Below, in pieces: positions 12,839 through 25,223 of a stretch of DNA of 64,000 nucleotides; positions within the stretch are counted from its first letter, which is position 1; each line of letters starts with the position of its first letter. The DNA comes from Octopus vulgaris. Its lineage: Eukaryota. The notes beneath the pieces are model-generated. The model was not told where the DNA came from, ran no database searches, and was given only the letters and a program-made list of their open reading frames with translations. The position numbers were made by a program, and so were the translations under genes. Location of the stretch: positions 39,928,001 through 39,992,000 of the forward strand of contig OX597836.1 in the NCBI GenBank assembly GCA_951406725.2. Reading direction: 5' to 3'.

Positions 12839-13276
12839 AGATTTTTTCGGTTTGAACGGCAGTTTTTTCTAGCGGTGTCATATGAAATTGTCACCCATAA
12901 TTATGACCCTAGTATCGATCTATTGCATTTCTCTCTGTTTTAGGGTTAGGGTTAGAGTTAGGGTTAGTTAGGGTTAGGCGTGGGGGGAAGGATATCTTTT
13001 ATTCTTTAAAAATGTAAATAAACCCAATCTGTTTCTTAAACGAGGGACATATTCATACGGTACAGAATGCTTTTTACCTCAATAGACGTAATTGATTGGT
13101 TGAAATTGCAGAAATTGAAGAAAAAAACAACAAATATCTTAAAAACTATAGAATTTTCTCAATAAAGCCAAGAGAAAAAGATGTTTTATAAACACATTCT
13201 ACCAGTATGCGAAGTTTAACATTTTTTAGTTACCTAGAAATTATGTTAAAAACTGCCGTTCAAATCGAAAAGATCC
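12839..13276 (+). mobile_element. MITE with GGATCTTTTCGGTTTGAACGGCAG TIRs, 8-bp TSD and internal (TTAGGG)n
   Basis: TSD ACTATATT/GCTATATT; homologous to 33859-34279 and 42596-42891. Confidence 0.85.
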
Positions 13277-13294
13277 GCTATATTATTTCAGATT

Positions 13295-13620
13295 AAGGCG
13301 GTGAGCCTTCATCTGAAATAATATAGCTTCAAATATAAATTAAGTACCACTTGCGTACTGGGGTCGATCTAATCGAATGGACCCCTCCCCCAAAATTTCG
13401 GGCCTAGAGTAGAAAAGTATATTATTTCAGAGTTGCAAGACGGTGAGGTGGCAGAACCGTTAGCGCGTCGGGCAAAATGCATAGCGACATTTCGTCCTTC
13501 TCTATGTTATGAGTTCAAATTCCACCGAGGTTGAATTTGCCTTTCATCCTTTCGGGGTCAGTAAAATAAGTACCGGTTGAGTACTGGAGACGATGTAATC
13601 GAGTGGTCTTCAAATAGAAA
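13295..13620 (+). mobile_element. Two degenerate SINE A copies
   Basis: AAGGCGGTGAG..AAATTAAGTACC..GGGGTCGAT and GTGGCAGAACCGTTAGC..GAGTTCAAATTCC..GCCTTTCATCCTTTCGGGGTC. Confidence 0.75.
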
Positions 13621-13931
13621 AGATTATTTCACATGCGTACATCCATTACAAAATGGACGACAAGAGCAAACGAGTAAATTACTGCACACGACTTCTGAAT
13701 AGCAGTCACAATCGGTCGAAATAACACGAAGACACTTGCAAACTAATGGCTGGCTGTTTTTGTTTTTTGATTTTTTGTTTTTTTTTTCGTATGTATAAAT
13801 TTATTTCTGTTCTTACGCTTTGCTACAGAAGCGAGGCTGCTTCATCACGCGCTATCCCATGTTTCTAAAAAATTTTCGGTACACCTGACTTCTCACTGCA
13901 GCGCACTATTTGAGAACAACAGGCATGGAAG

Positions 13932-13981
<50 letters not shown>

Positions 13982-13984
13982 TAG

Positions 13985-14016
<32 letters not shown>

Positions 14017-14045
14017 GTATTTATATATATATATATATTTATATT

Positions 14046-14085
<40 letters not shown>

Positions 14086-14136
14086 CTATATATATATATG
14101 TATATATATACATACATATATATATATATATATATT

Positions 14137-14191
<55 letters not shown>

Positions 14192-14539
14192 TGTTATATG
14201 ATAACAACAATAGACTTACAGCTATACCGAGAACGTCAAACTGGTTTTCATAAGCTAAAGAAATAAACTAAACAATAGTTTTCTTCTTTTTCTTTTTCCT
14301 TCTCTTCGTACGAGAATCAAATTGCCCTGAAGTTAGAACATACTCAAGGAAGACAATATGGAAGAGAGAGATACATAGTAAGGCGGCGGCTGCGGTGGTG
14401 GTGGCGATGGTGGCCGTAGCGGCGCTTCCGGAGACGGGAAGACGAAACAATAGATATACATCACCGTAATTGAAGCAGCATGTTCAGATCAGATGAGTGA
14501 GATAGGCTGCGAAATATGTAGCCCTACCCCCACCTCCTA

Positions 14540-14563
14540 CTCACTCTCCTCCTCCTCCTCTTT

Positions 14564-14597
<34 letters not shown>

Positions 14598-14757
14598 AAC
14601 TGATGATTGTGATCTTCGTCGTGGTCGTGGTAGTAGTAGTAGTAAAGGTGGTGGTGGTGGTAATTGTATTAGTAGTAGTAGTAGTAGTAGTAGCAGCAGT
14701 AGTAGTTATGGTGGTGGTGGTGGTGATCGTGGTAGAAGTTGTAGCTGTAGAAATTGC

Positions 14758-14818
<61 letters not shown>

Positions 14819-14990
14819 TTGTTGGTGGTGGTGGTTGTAGTAGTGATCGTGTTAGTAACGGTGTTGGCTGTTATGCTGGTAGTGGTTTATGTAGTAGTAG
14901 TAGTAGTAGTAGTAGTAATAGTAGCAGCAGCAGCAGCGGTGGTGGTGGTGGTGGTAGGAGAGGAGGCGGTGGCGGTGGCGGTGCCGCGAG
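14540..14990. repeat. Compound trinucleotide microsatellite (CTC/CTA then GTA/GTG/GCA)
   Basis: Seen directly; explains the poly-Val ORF at 14603. Confidence 0.9.
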
Positions 14991-15504
14991 TGAGTGAGTG
15001 AGTAGGAGTGGGAAATTACTCTAGAAATCTTATCGATTAATTTGCAGTTTCTGGAAGGCCGAAGGCAAGGCAAGGCAACGGCAGGCGTTGAAGCAATCTC
15101 CTCAGAAGTGCGTAATGTACCCGAATTTGCTGATTTAATAAGAAACTACATCACAAAAGACAAAAAGAATTGATCGAAAGTGGAGACGGCAGGAAGAAAC
15201 TCGAGGACGATATCTGATTAATTTTGACGACTATACTCCAGCATGGCCTTTAGTCGAGACGACTAAAAGAAACCGGAATAACTGGCGAAAGAAGCAAAGA
15301 AGCCATTGCTGATAAAACACGGATTGTCTTTTAGTTGTTTCGGTCATTAAATGGCGGCCATGCTGGGGCACGGCCTTAACGGGGTTAGTTGAATAAATTG
15401 ACTTCTTTTATTTAAAGTTTGCTTATTTTTTTTTGTTTGTCATTCTCTTTTACGGAGCTGGGAAGTTCCGGGAAAGTAAACAAACCAACACCGGTTGAAG
15501 GGGT

Positions 15505-16127
15505 TCATCATTACTATCTCTCGAGCTTGCTGAATCCCCCCGTCAGTGGTAGAGGTTGACGGGCGTCCTGCCCCCTCTTCGTGCATCACGCTTGTCCGGC
15601 CACTTTTAAAATTCTCTATCCACTCATACACACCTCTACACTGTAGTGCACTGTTCTCATATTGTGCTAAATGTCTGACACAAAAAGCAAAAATAAAAAC
15701 TAAATAAAAATATATAAGAATAAAATATAAGTGAAAAAAAAAATCTAAAAAATACATTGAAGATTAAAAAAAAATAGAAAAAACGTGACAAAAATGTGAA
15801 AAAAATACCCAGAAACCAAAAGTTCTAAGGATCGATATCATATCAATTGCTTTGACGGTTCGACCATCTATGTCTTACCTGAGCTGTCGATAAATGTTGA
15901 TTTTTTGATTTTTGGTAAAATCACTGCTCTTTCTTCTATTTTGGTAAACATTGCTAGTAGAGCGGCCATGCTTACACTGCAAAGCGACAAATTAAAGCGC
16001 GGTCAGAATCAAGCTTCGAGCACGTCACCACAATAGTACCAACTATAAGCACGTATGCGCGGAAAGCAGTGGAACAATTGTAGATGTAGTATGGCGAAAG
16101 TGCGCATAAGTTTTTGACTTCACCTCG
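15505..16127 (-). mobile_element. Mariner 5' relic, interrupted
   Basis: Minus-strand TIR TACGAGGTGAAGTCAAAAACTT, then MAALLAMFTKIEERAVI. After an A-rich insert it resumes QYENSAL..GVYEWIENFKSGRTSV..EEGAGRPSTS (mariner HTH and GRP motif). Confidence 0.75.
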
Positions 16128-16129
16128 TA

Positions 16130-16385
16130 TTATTGTTTATTCCTTCTCGAGCCATGCCTGGCTTACAAGGGCCGGTTTTCCGGTTTCCTTGGCGTATAGG
16201 TTCCGACCTGGACGGGATGCCGGTCCGTCGCAGGTGAGCTGCAAGATGCAGGAGGAAAGAGTGAGAGAAAGTTGTGGCGAAAGAGCCAGCAGAAGTTCGC
16301 CATTACCATCTGCCGTCTGAGATTCGAACCCGCGATGCCCCGACCGCGAAACCGCTGCTCTAACCACTAGGCCATTTTCCTCCAC
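16130..16385 (-). mobile_element. SINE B-related head with a third tail type (iii)
   Basis: Minus strand GTGGAGGAAAATGGCCTAGTGGTTAGAGC..GGTTCGAATCTC..CACAACTTTCTCTCACTC, then CCTGCGACGGACCGGCATCCCGTCCAGG. Confidence 0.75.
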
Positions 16386-16700
16386 ACATCGCATTATGTG
16401 TTTATACGTTTGTATATATACATACGTTTTGTGTGTATATTAATGTGTATCCCTGTGTCGTATGTATAGTAATATGAGTATGAAGATGCAACCATTTGGG
16501 TGAGGTTGTGTTTATTTTTAACTTTTGAATTATTTTTATAAGTAAAATGCTTATCTCTAGCTAGGTGTGCTATCTTCAAAACAGTTTATTGAAAGACAAT
16601 TCAGCTGAAGGCTATTTGATCTTTTAAATTTATTTGAAAATAACTGTTGCTCAAAATTATCCATTGACTTAATCTTTAAATCTCCAGCTGTCTGTTCCCA

Positions 16701-17440
16701 AGGAGTGGCTGTGTGGTAAGTAGCTTGCTTACCAACCACATGGTTCCGAGTTCAGTCCCACTGCGTGGCACCTTCGGCAAGTGTCTTCTACTATAGCCTC
16801 GGGCCGACCAAAGCCTTGTGAGTGAATTTGGTTGACGGAAACTGAAAGAAGCCTGTGGTATATATGTATATATATATACTTTATAATTAGGGTTCAGCAA
16901 AGATTTGCTTTACCACACATTTAGAAATAGCAGTCAAAAAACCTTAGCTATTTCTTCTACTTTTTAAAGACCTTAGCTATTTCTTCTACTTTTTAAAGAT
17001 CTTAGCTATTTCTTCTACTTTAAAAAGTAGAAGATATAGCTAAGGTTTTTTGACTGCTATTTCTAAACTTCGGTATGTGGTAAAGCAAATCTTTGCTGAA
17101 CCCTAATTATAAAGTATTACTTAAGTTTACCGTGAAATGGTCTTTTTTCATGCCGAATTCTACTTGGTGAAATTATTGATTACTTCTTAATTAATTAATT
17201 TTACCCATTGTTACTGTATATATATATATGTATGTGTGTGTATATGTTTGTGTGTCTGTGTTTGTCCCCCCAACATCGCTTGACAACCGTGTGTTTACGT
17301 CCCGTAACTTAGCCGTTCGGCAAAAAGGACCGATAGAATAAGTACTAGACTTCCAAAGAATAAGTCCAGTTGTCGATTTGCTCGAGTAAAGGCGGTGCTG
17401 CAGCATGGCCACAGTCAAATGACTGAAACTAGTAAAAGAG
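16701..17440 (+). mobile_element. SINE C split at its internal (TA)n by a ~340-bp insertion
   Basis: 5' half 16701-16858 and 3' half 17228-17440 are collinear with intact copies such as 43359-43771. Confidence 0.8.
16877..17217. repeat. Fold-back element: ~90-bp inverted repeat plus 29-bp tandem repeat x2.7
   Basis: 16877-16966 is the reverse complement of 17022-17116; CCTTAGCTATTTCTTCTACTTTTTAAAGA recurs at 16942, 16971 and 17000. Confidence 0.9.
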
Positions 17441-18237
17441 TACCACACTACTCTAAAGGCACCGAAAATTTGCAGTCTTAGAGACATTGGGATAACAGAC
17501 AATCCAGTACTTGGCTTGTATTGTACTTCATCGACCACGGATAGATGAAAGTCAAAGTTGACTTCGGCAGTATTTGAACAGCGAATATGAAGAAACAGAA
17601 CGAGATGTTGGAAGGTGTCTTTCTACCTCCGCCGTTCTAACAACTTTGCCAAACGAGAAGCGCCTCAGCGCAGTTCATTAAACATTCCGAATAAACAGGA
17701 TTTAGCGTAAAAGTCACTCAATTTAGCGAGATTCGCCTGAAGAAGATTGATCTCCCTTGTCGTTAAACAATAATTAGAAAATGCTACAAACTGAAGAAAC
17801 CCATTGGGACATGTAATCATCTAAATGATTTCACGAACCCCACTGGGACATGTAACCGCCTCAGCAATTTCACTTAATACAGTAATATCATGTCGGCCGA
17901 AGTGTTGCAACGTTTTAATGTAATCTTAGTTCTATAGAAACGGTAAACCACTAAAGACAACAGATGACCGAAAACTGAGATAATTGATATAAGAAATAAA
18001 TTTATTGAAGATGTGTTCTAGTAATGGTTCTTTTCAAATTTCTGCCATTCTTTACAATAAATACTACAAGAATATTGAAGCTTTCGTGAACGGCTTATTT
18101 TGTGAAGGCATCATAAATCGCATTTAATAGCTTTGTTTGAAATACATTGTTTTTAGGTGATTAATGCTTTATTTGCGCTGTATTGTATAACCGTATAAGT
18201 ATATAACCTTGTACGTACACACGCACACACAGACACA

Positions 18238-18271
<34 letters not shown>

Positions 18272-18456
18272 AATAAGGCCTGTTGTTATTCATTTACAAC
18301 TGAGAATCCTTCAGGGGAAGATAAAATAACTACCAGCCGTCTGGATTTAGTAGTCTGTTTCTTTTACCTCCTATGTATGATCTTGCGTGTGTGTGTGTGT
18401 GTGTGTTTCATAATAGTACACACACACATATAAATATATATATGTATACGTATACA

Positions 18457-18495
<39 letters not shown>

Positions 18496-18719
18496 TTGTG
18501 CGTATGTATTCTTGTATATACACACACATATATATGTTAGTGGTACGTGTGCGCGCACACACATACACACACATAAATACACGTGCATACAAATATAGAC
18601 TGACAGACAAACAGACAGATAGATAGATAGATAGGTACGTAGATTGATGGATAGATAGATAGATAGATAAATAGATATATAGGTAGGTAGGTAGGTAGGT
18701 AATTAGGTAGATTGATAGG

Positions 18720-18823
<104 letters not shown>

Positions 18824-19059
18824 GTAATCCAGTCTTCAATAATATCTGTAAATACCATATCTTAAATATGTTGAAAATAGTAATAAAATGAGGTTAAAAG
18901 TAGACAGCCTTGTTTTCACTAGCCTAAATATCTATGTTTACATGTTCTAATAGAGGTGGCATTCAATAATCTTGAAAACAAAAATTTCTGGTTACAGTAT
19001 ATGGGTATAGTGAACAGTGGAGATAATTACAATATGTGACATATATATAGCGCGATGTT

Positions 19060-19402
19060 GTGAAGGCACAGCATGGCTCAGTGGTTAGAGCGTCGAGCTT
19101 GCGATCGTGAGGTGGTGAGTTCGATTCCCGGACCGGTCAACGTGTTTTGTTTTTGAGCAAAACATTTTATTTCACGTTGCTCCAGTTCACTCAGCTGTAG
19201 AAATGAGTTGCAACGTCAGAGGTGCCAAGCTGTATCGGCCCCTTTGCTTTTCCTTGGATAACATCAGTGGTGTGGAGAAGGGAGGCTGGTATGCATGGTT
19301 GACTGCTGGTCTTCCATAAACAACCTTGCCCGGACTTGTGGCTCGGAGGGTAACTTTCTAGGTGCAATCTCATGGTCATTCATGACCGAAGGGGTCTCCC
19401 AC
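19060..19402 (+). mobile_element. SINE family D with probable 13-bp TSD
   Basis: Box A TGGCTCAGTGG, box B GTTCGATTCCC; flanks ATAGCGCGATGTT and ATAGCACGATATT. Confidence 0.85.
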
Positions 19403-19950
19403 ATAGCACGATATTTTAAAATATAGACAAATGCAAACACTCACATTATATATGTGTGCCCGTGCGTGTGTGTTCGTGTGTATGTTTGTATTGTTAGAGA
19501 CAGTGAGCTAATGTACAGTACATACACTTGATCACTACAAGCAAATAATTTGTGCAGGTCGTTTACCTGTATGAGCTGAACACTCACGCGTCATCGACGT
19601 TGCCTGAATAGGTGCAAGGTGCACCACTCGTCAGGTATCGAAGTGATTACAGAGCAAAGTGAGATCATATATTTTGCTCAAGAACACAATGCACCACCCG
19701 GTCTGCGAACTGAAACCGCAATCTCGCGATCGTGAGTGCAACGCCCTAGCCATTAAGTCAAGCGCCCGATGGTCACGTGTGAGCAATGAGAGAGTGAGAA
19801 AGAGAAAAGAGGAGAGAGAAACAGATATAAACGGTGAAGGACGGAGGGAAAGAAAGAGCGAATTAGAGAAGGATGTAGGAAGAGAACAGCATAGGATAGA
19901 GTCGCATCAAAAAGGTGATGATAAACTTGGAAATGGATTCGTGGCGTTCA

Positions 19951-20000
<50 letters not shown>

Positions 20001-20442
20001 GTGTGTGTGTGTGTTTATTCGTAGGTTATTTGTATCTGCATGTGTATCTATAATGTGTCCATTTATGCATATACTTGTATATCTTACGGATTAAACATTT
20101 TAGCAAAAGAACAACACTTTCGCTAATTCCTACGTAGATTCTGTTTCAGATGGGCTACGTATGAATAAGCGAAATCTGAGAGACTTTGCTAAAACTTTAA
20201 ATCTGCAGTTGTGTTGAACGCTGAAAGCACTTAAAGCGGATCAAATCCGCACAAAATTTTATTACTGTTGATTGCAAAGAGCAGTTTCACACCAGGTCTT
20301 TGAGAGCACCCCTTCTTATGCTGCGAGAAGCGATGATACAGCGAGCGACACTTTTTACAAAAGTCAATATTTCAAATTTGATAATATCCTCACATATTTC
20401 ATAATTTAATTTAATAATTTTCTCACATATTTCATCATTTAA

Positions 20443-20738
20443 CCCAGCTTGGGTTTCAGAGGACCACAGCTCTTTAACATCCTCCCTAAATGCTTGAGAG
20501 ACTTACATGGTGTGGATGTGGGTTTCTTTAAAACTAAACTGGATCTCTTCTTGTCGGGAGTCCCAGATGAACCTACCTCACGACAGGAGACACAGATGCG
20601 GGCAGCAGCATCGAACTCCCTTGTTGATCAAGTGCCACGTATCAGAGGTGGATTCACAAATTGGTGTAGCTCATTCAGCGGTGGTGCCCCAGCATGGCCG
20701 TCGCCTTCGGGCTAAAACATTTTTAAGGATTTAAGGAT
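20443..20738 (+). mobile_element. 3' end of a CR1-group LINE (ORF2 C-terminus and 3' UTR)
   Basis: SLGFRGPQLFNILPKCLRD..FKTKLDLFLSGVPDEP..RAAASNSLVDQ, with a TTTAAGGA tail repeat. Inserted into an AT-rich ~33-bp tandem array. Confidence 0.75.
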
Positions 20739-21175
20739 ATAATTATTAATTTTCCCACATATTTCATCATTTAATTTAATAATTTTCTGATATAATTAAT
20801 AATTATCTCACATATTTCATCAGATATTTCCTGTAGAGCAGGAATACAAACAGTTTAGTGGTAAATATGAAAACCGTACCTACAGGAGAAGTTGAAAAAA
20901 TGTTTTGCAGAAGTAGAAAATCACAATTCTTAATGCTGGTGAATAATTAACACCATTATTGGAATGACATGAAATTTAATTCCGCAGTCTAACGGTTAAC
21001 TTGTTCAAAGTTTTCTTTGGTTTTCTGCACTCTTTCATCTTTGCTTCAATTACTTATGTATACACACATACACGCGGCCGGCGCACGCACACACAACACA
21101 CACACACACACACATAAACACGCATAGACCGACAGACACATTTGTGTGTTTATATAGATATATATACGACGCCTC

Positions 21176-21492
21176 TTGTTATGTCCTGTTATTTGTAGTT
21201 ATATTTGTGTAACATTTCTCTGTTTTTTTTCCGTCCTTGCTTTTGTATACATGTGCTGCTTTCTTTCAAGGAATGTAATGCTCTTAGCATATTTTTTCCT
21301 TGAGGCTGACCAGATTGGAGCAATCTCGAGAATAACAAGCCGAAATTGCAAAGATAATCTGGAACTCGACTGAGGATAGAAAATTCCGAATGATCCGTCC
21401 TTGTTTTCCACGTATCGTCTGTCTGGATATTTTGTTGTCCCTTTTTTGTTTCACCTAACTGTGTGGATGTATTGCGTTCTTGTCCCATTTTT

Positions 21493-21497
<5 letters not shown>
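21176..21497 (+). mobile_element. Short repeat family G (possibly PLE-like 3' end) ending in (TA)n
   Basis: AGCCGAAATTGC..GACTGAGGA..TTGCGTTCTTGTCCCA is shared with 2480-2580(-), 30053-30170(+) and 41515-41637(-). All abut (TA)n. Confidence 0.6.
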
Positions 21498-21576
<79 letters not shown>

Positions 21577-21606
21577 CATATATATACACACACACATATA
21601 TATATA

Positions 21607-21898
21607 TCACCGCGTTCACCGTGACCGACCAGGCTATCAGATGTTGCTACACATCGCTGGTCACAATGCGCTTCTCATTGTTTTAACCTTCAAATGACGC
21701 CACCCCACTGGCTAAGCGAGCAGGCCGACAGAAGTAAGAGTGAGAGAAAGCTGTGGCGAAAGAGTACCTCCTGTCGGCGCCTCGTGGAGTTTTAGGTGAT
21801 TTCGCTCAATAAACACTCACAACGCCCGGTCTGAGTATCGAAACCCGCGATCCTACAACCGCGAGTCCTCTGCCCTGACCACTGGGCCATTGCGCCTC

Positions 21899-21900
<2 letters not shown>
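21607..21900 (-). mobile_element. SINE B, tail type ii
   Basis: Reverse complement of 10342-10650; tail ends in (TA)n. Confidence 0.9.
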
Positions 21901-21957
<57 letters not shown>

Positions 21958-22251
21958 CTTTTTTTATCTTTTATCTTTTACTTGTTTCAGTCATTTGACT
22001 GCGGCCATGCTGGAGCACCGCCTTTAGTCGAGCAAATCGACCCCGGGACTTATTCTTTGTAAGCCCAGTACTTATATCGGTCTCTTTTGCCGAACCGCTA
22101 AGTGACGGGGACGAAAACACACCAGCATCGGTTGTCAAGCAATGCTAGGGGGACAAACACACATATATATATATATATTATATATACATATATACGACAG
22201 ACTTCTTTCAGTTTCCGTCTACCAAATTCACTCGCAAGGCATTGGTCGGCC
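21958..22251 (-). mobile_element. SINE C, 5'-truncated
   Basis: Matches 5350-5655. Confidence 0.85.
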
Positions 22252-22885
22252 TTCTATCTGAGATAGAAATACATAAACCCCTACGAACCAGCAATACATA
22301 TCAGTGTTTCGTCAATGACGAGAATGGCGGTTTAAGCTTTTCGCTTGTTATACCACGTATTTACTGGACAAAATTACTATCGATCTGCGATAAATGATTG
22401 GTTTGAACTTTATGGAGTTCTGTGATGGATAATGCTATTTCAGGCGAAAATATTCTTCTTTATTTCATGCCATTACTCCATATTGAATATGTGTTTGTTT
22501 TGTTTTGTGGGAGTTGTTCATTATATACCATAATTATATCTTCTAGTTTGTCAATGAATCTATAAATTATTATGACGTGTAATTACGTGCATGCGCACTG
22601 ACATAAACACGCAAGCATATGTAAATTGCACACACACACACACACACACACATATATGTACTGGCAAATACATTTACATGTATATATATATATATATATA
22701 TATACAATTAGACCAAATAAACACACACACACAAATACACACATATATATAATCCGTATTCACTTAATACCAGACATGTATGTGTATATATATATATATA
22801 TGTGTGTATATACATGTGTGTGGATACGTGCGTGTGTGTATATATATATACATATATGTATATATGTATATGTATAAATATATGT

Positions 22886-22973
<88 letters not shown>

Positions 22974-23135
22974 AAATAAGCAATGTTGCTTATTTTGATT
23001 TTAATCACCTTATTTTGAAATTGTATGGATAAATACCATACTAAATTCTGGTGCCTCAACTTAAGTACCATATTCATCTGAATCTAAACTTTTGCTATAT
23101 ATATATGCGCATATATATATATATAACAATATATA

Positions 23136-23270
<135 letters not shown>

Positions 23271-23388
23271 AATATGTAGCAATATATATAACAATATATG
23301 CGCATGTGTGGAATTATATGGTAATAAAGACTCACAGTAAAAATCACATGCATACATACAGACACACTGGCGCACGCGCATGTATATG

Positions 23389-23440
<52 letters not shown>

Positions 23441-23768
23441 TTTTTCGTCTGTACGTATGCACGTGTTAAGTATAATTTTTTTTTTACTGTGAGTCTTTTA
23501 TTTTACATCATATAACTCCACGCATGCGCATATATTGTTAAACCGTTATAATTTGATATTTTATAACTTTTATTTTTATTGTTATTGTATTTACTTTGTA
23601 TATTACTTATTCAACCTTATTACGTATTTTACATTCTTTTTCATTATATTCAAATTAGACCGTTATCCCTCAAACACACACACAAAAATAAAAATAAAAT
23701 AACTCCATATAATTAGTCAGCCAGTATAAACTAAGATGTCAGCATGTAATCTTCTAATATATATCTTT

Positions 23769-23863
23769 TTCCGTGATGATATAGTTTTTATACCCTACAA
23801 ATGCAAATTTAAACCCTAAATTTGTAATTTATGTAATAAACACAATCGAAACAGCTGTAGGAA
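23769..23863 (+). ncRNA. Degenerate type I hammerhead-like motif with long stem II
   Basis: TTCC-GTGATGA-[long AT hairpin including TGCAAATTTA/TAAATTTGTA]-GAAA-CAGCTG-TA-GGAA. Palindromic stem III, C3G change in the core, AATAAA just downstream. Confidence 0.5.
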
Positions 23864-24244
23864 GTATGACGTATCATCATAATAAAAAAATTATTAACTT
23901 TCAACTCACAATATTCTTTCCTGCTAATAAGCGAATGTGCATTTATATCATAACATATACCTACTGATTTAGGAGAATTTTATTTCCCAAAAATATATTT
24001 GGTAAAGAACCAATGATTTTTTGGATGTAATCATCCCTTTATGGGCTTAATATAAACTCTTTTTAAGTTATACTATTATAAATTGGAGTGATGTTTCTCT
24101 GACCGTTACTTTTTTATGTTCGTTAACTCCTCTTAGGCCGTCGGTGCAAGGACAACGAAACTTAAACCAGCAACTCCCCTATGTTCTATGGACAGGAATG
24201 TGTCTCTTGAGTCCTGCTGGTGCCTTACAAGCCTTATATATATA

Positions 24245-24415
24245 TGTAATGGGAAGGTTTACGAGAATAAACAAAAGACGAAGGCAGGTGGAGTATGGCG
24301 GTCAGGAATAGAAATAAAACAAGTCTTTTACGTTTCGAGCCTACGATCTTCAACAGGAAGATACACAGAAAAGAAACAAGGAGAGAAAAAAATGCGTGTA
24401 AGGGCTGACGATCCA
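24245..24415 (-). mobile_element. HHR-bearing repeat family H copy
   Basis: Minus strand CTGTTGAAGATCGTAGGCTCGAAACGTAAAAGAC..CCACCTGCCTTCGTCTTTTG matches the 53930 unit. Confidence 0.75.
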
Positions 24416-25013
24416 ATATATATGTATGTATGTATGTATGCATGTATGTATGTATGTATGTATGTATGTATGTATGTATGTATGTATGTATGTATGTATG
24501 CATGTATGTATGTATGTATATGTATACACACACACACATATACGTATATAGGAGAAAGATGTGTGTACATCTATATATTAGAGTACCACTTCCTGTGCAG
24601 CCCGATTACAAAATGACTCCAAAACTTATTACTGGTTACCTGGACCCGAGGTTAAAGACCCCGTACTGTACAGTCTGAAGAACAGAATTAACGAAGAGTA
24701 TATAACGCATAGCATAGTCTTGAAGATAAGTTGTAAATATTTTCAGTTATGTAATTAAACAAATATAGACGCTGATAGTTGAAAAACTCGTTTTAAAACA
24801 TATCTTGTTATCAAGAGAACTGACATCCATAATGAAATTCTATACCCAATATGTTCACACAACGGCTTCTATCACACAGGGTGCACATATGTAAATGTAA
24901 AATCATATATACATAATACTTATATATATATATATATATATATATATGAATATACAGACACACATATATATACATATATATGTACTATATACATATATGT
25001 ATAATATGTATGC

Positions 25014-25091
<78 letters not shown>

Positions 25092-25108
25092 ATATATATA
25101 TGCATATA

Positions 25109-25152
<44 letters not shown>

Positions 25153-25153
25153 T

Positions 25154-25223
<70 letters not shown>

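Larger units (their letters stand above)
11919..13850 (+). mobile_element. Decayed Tc1/mariner-superfamily element (DUF4817-like N-terminus, rosa/DD41D-like) with nested insertions
   Basis: Starts TA|CAGAGTGGTGCACGAAAAAGTA. From 12502 translates MYTTAEWLGIVEAYLKRGSV..P..TTQTLVKKWRA..SV....RTP..QSPEKST with stops. An inverted copy of the subterminal repeat lies at ~13745-13850. Confidence 0.65.

Noticed and set aside
12940-12978. Chromosome end or telomere-fusion site
   Set aside because: It is a short TTAGGG tract internal to a MITE present in several copies.
14603-15001. Poly-Val membrane-protein ORF
   Set aside because: It is a (GTA/GTG)n trinucleotide repeat.
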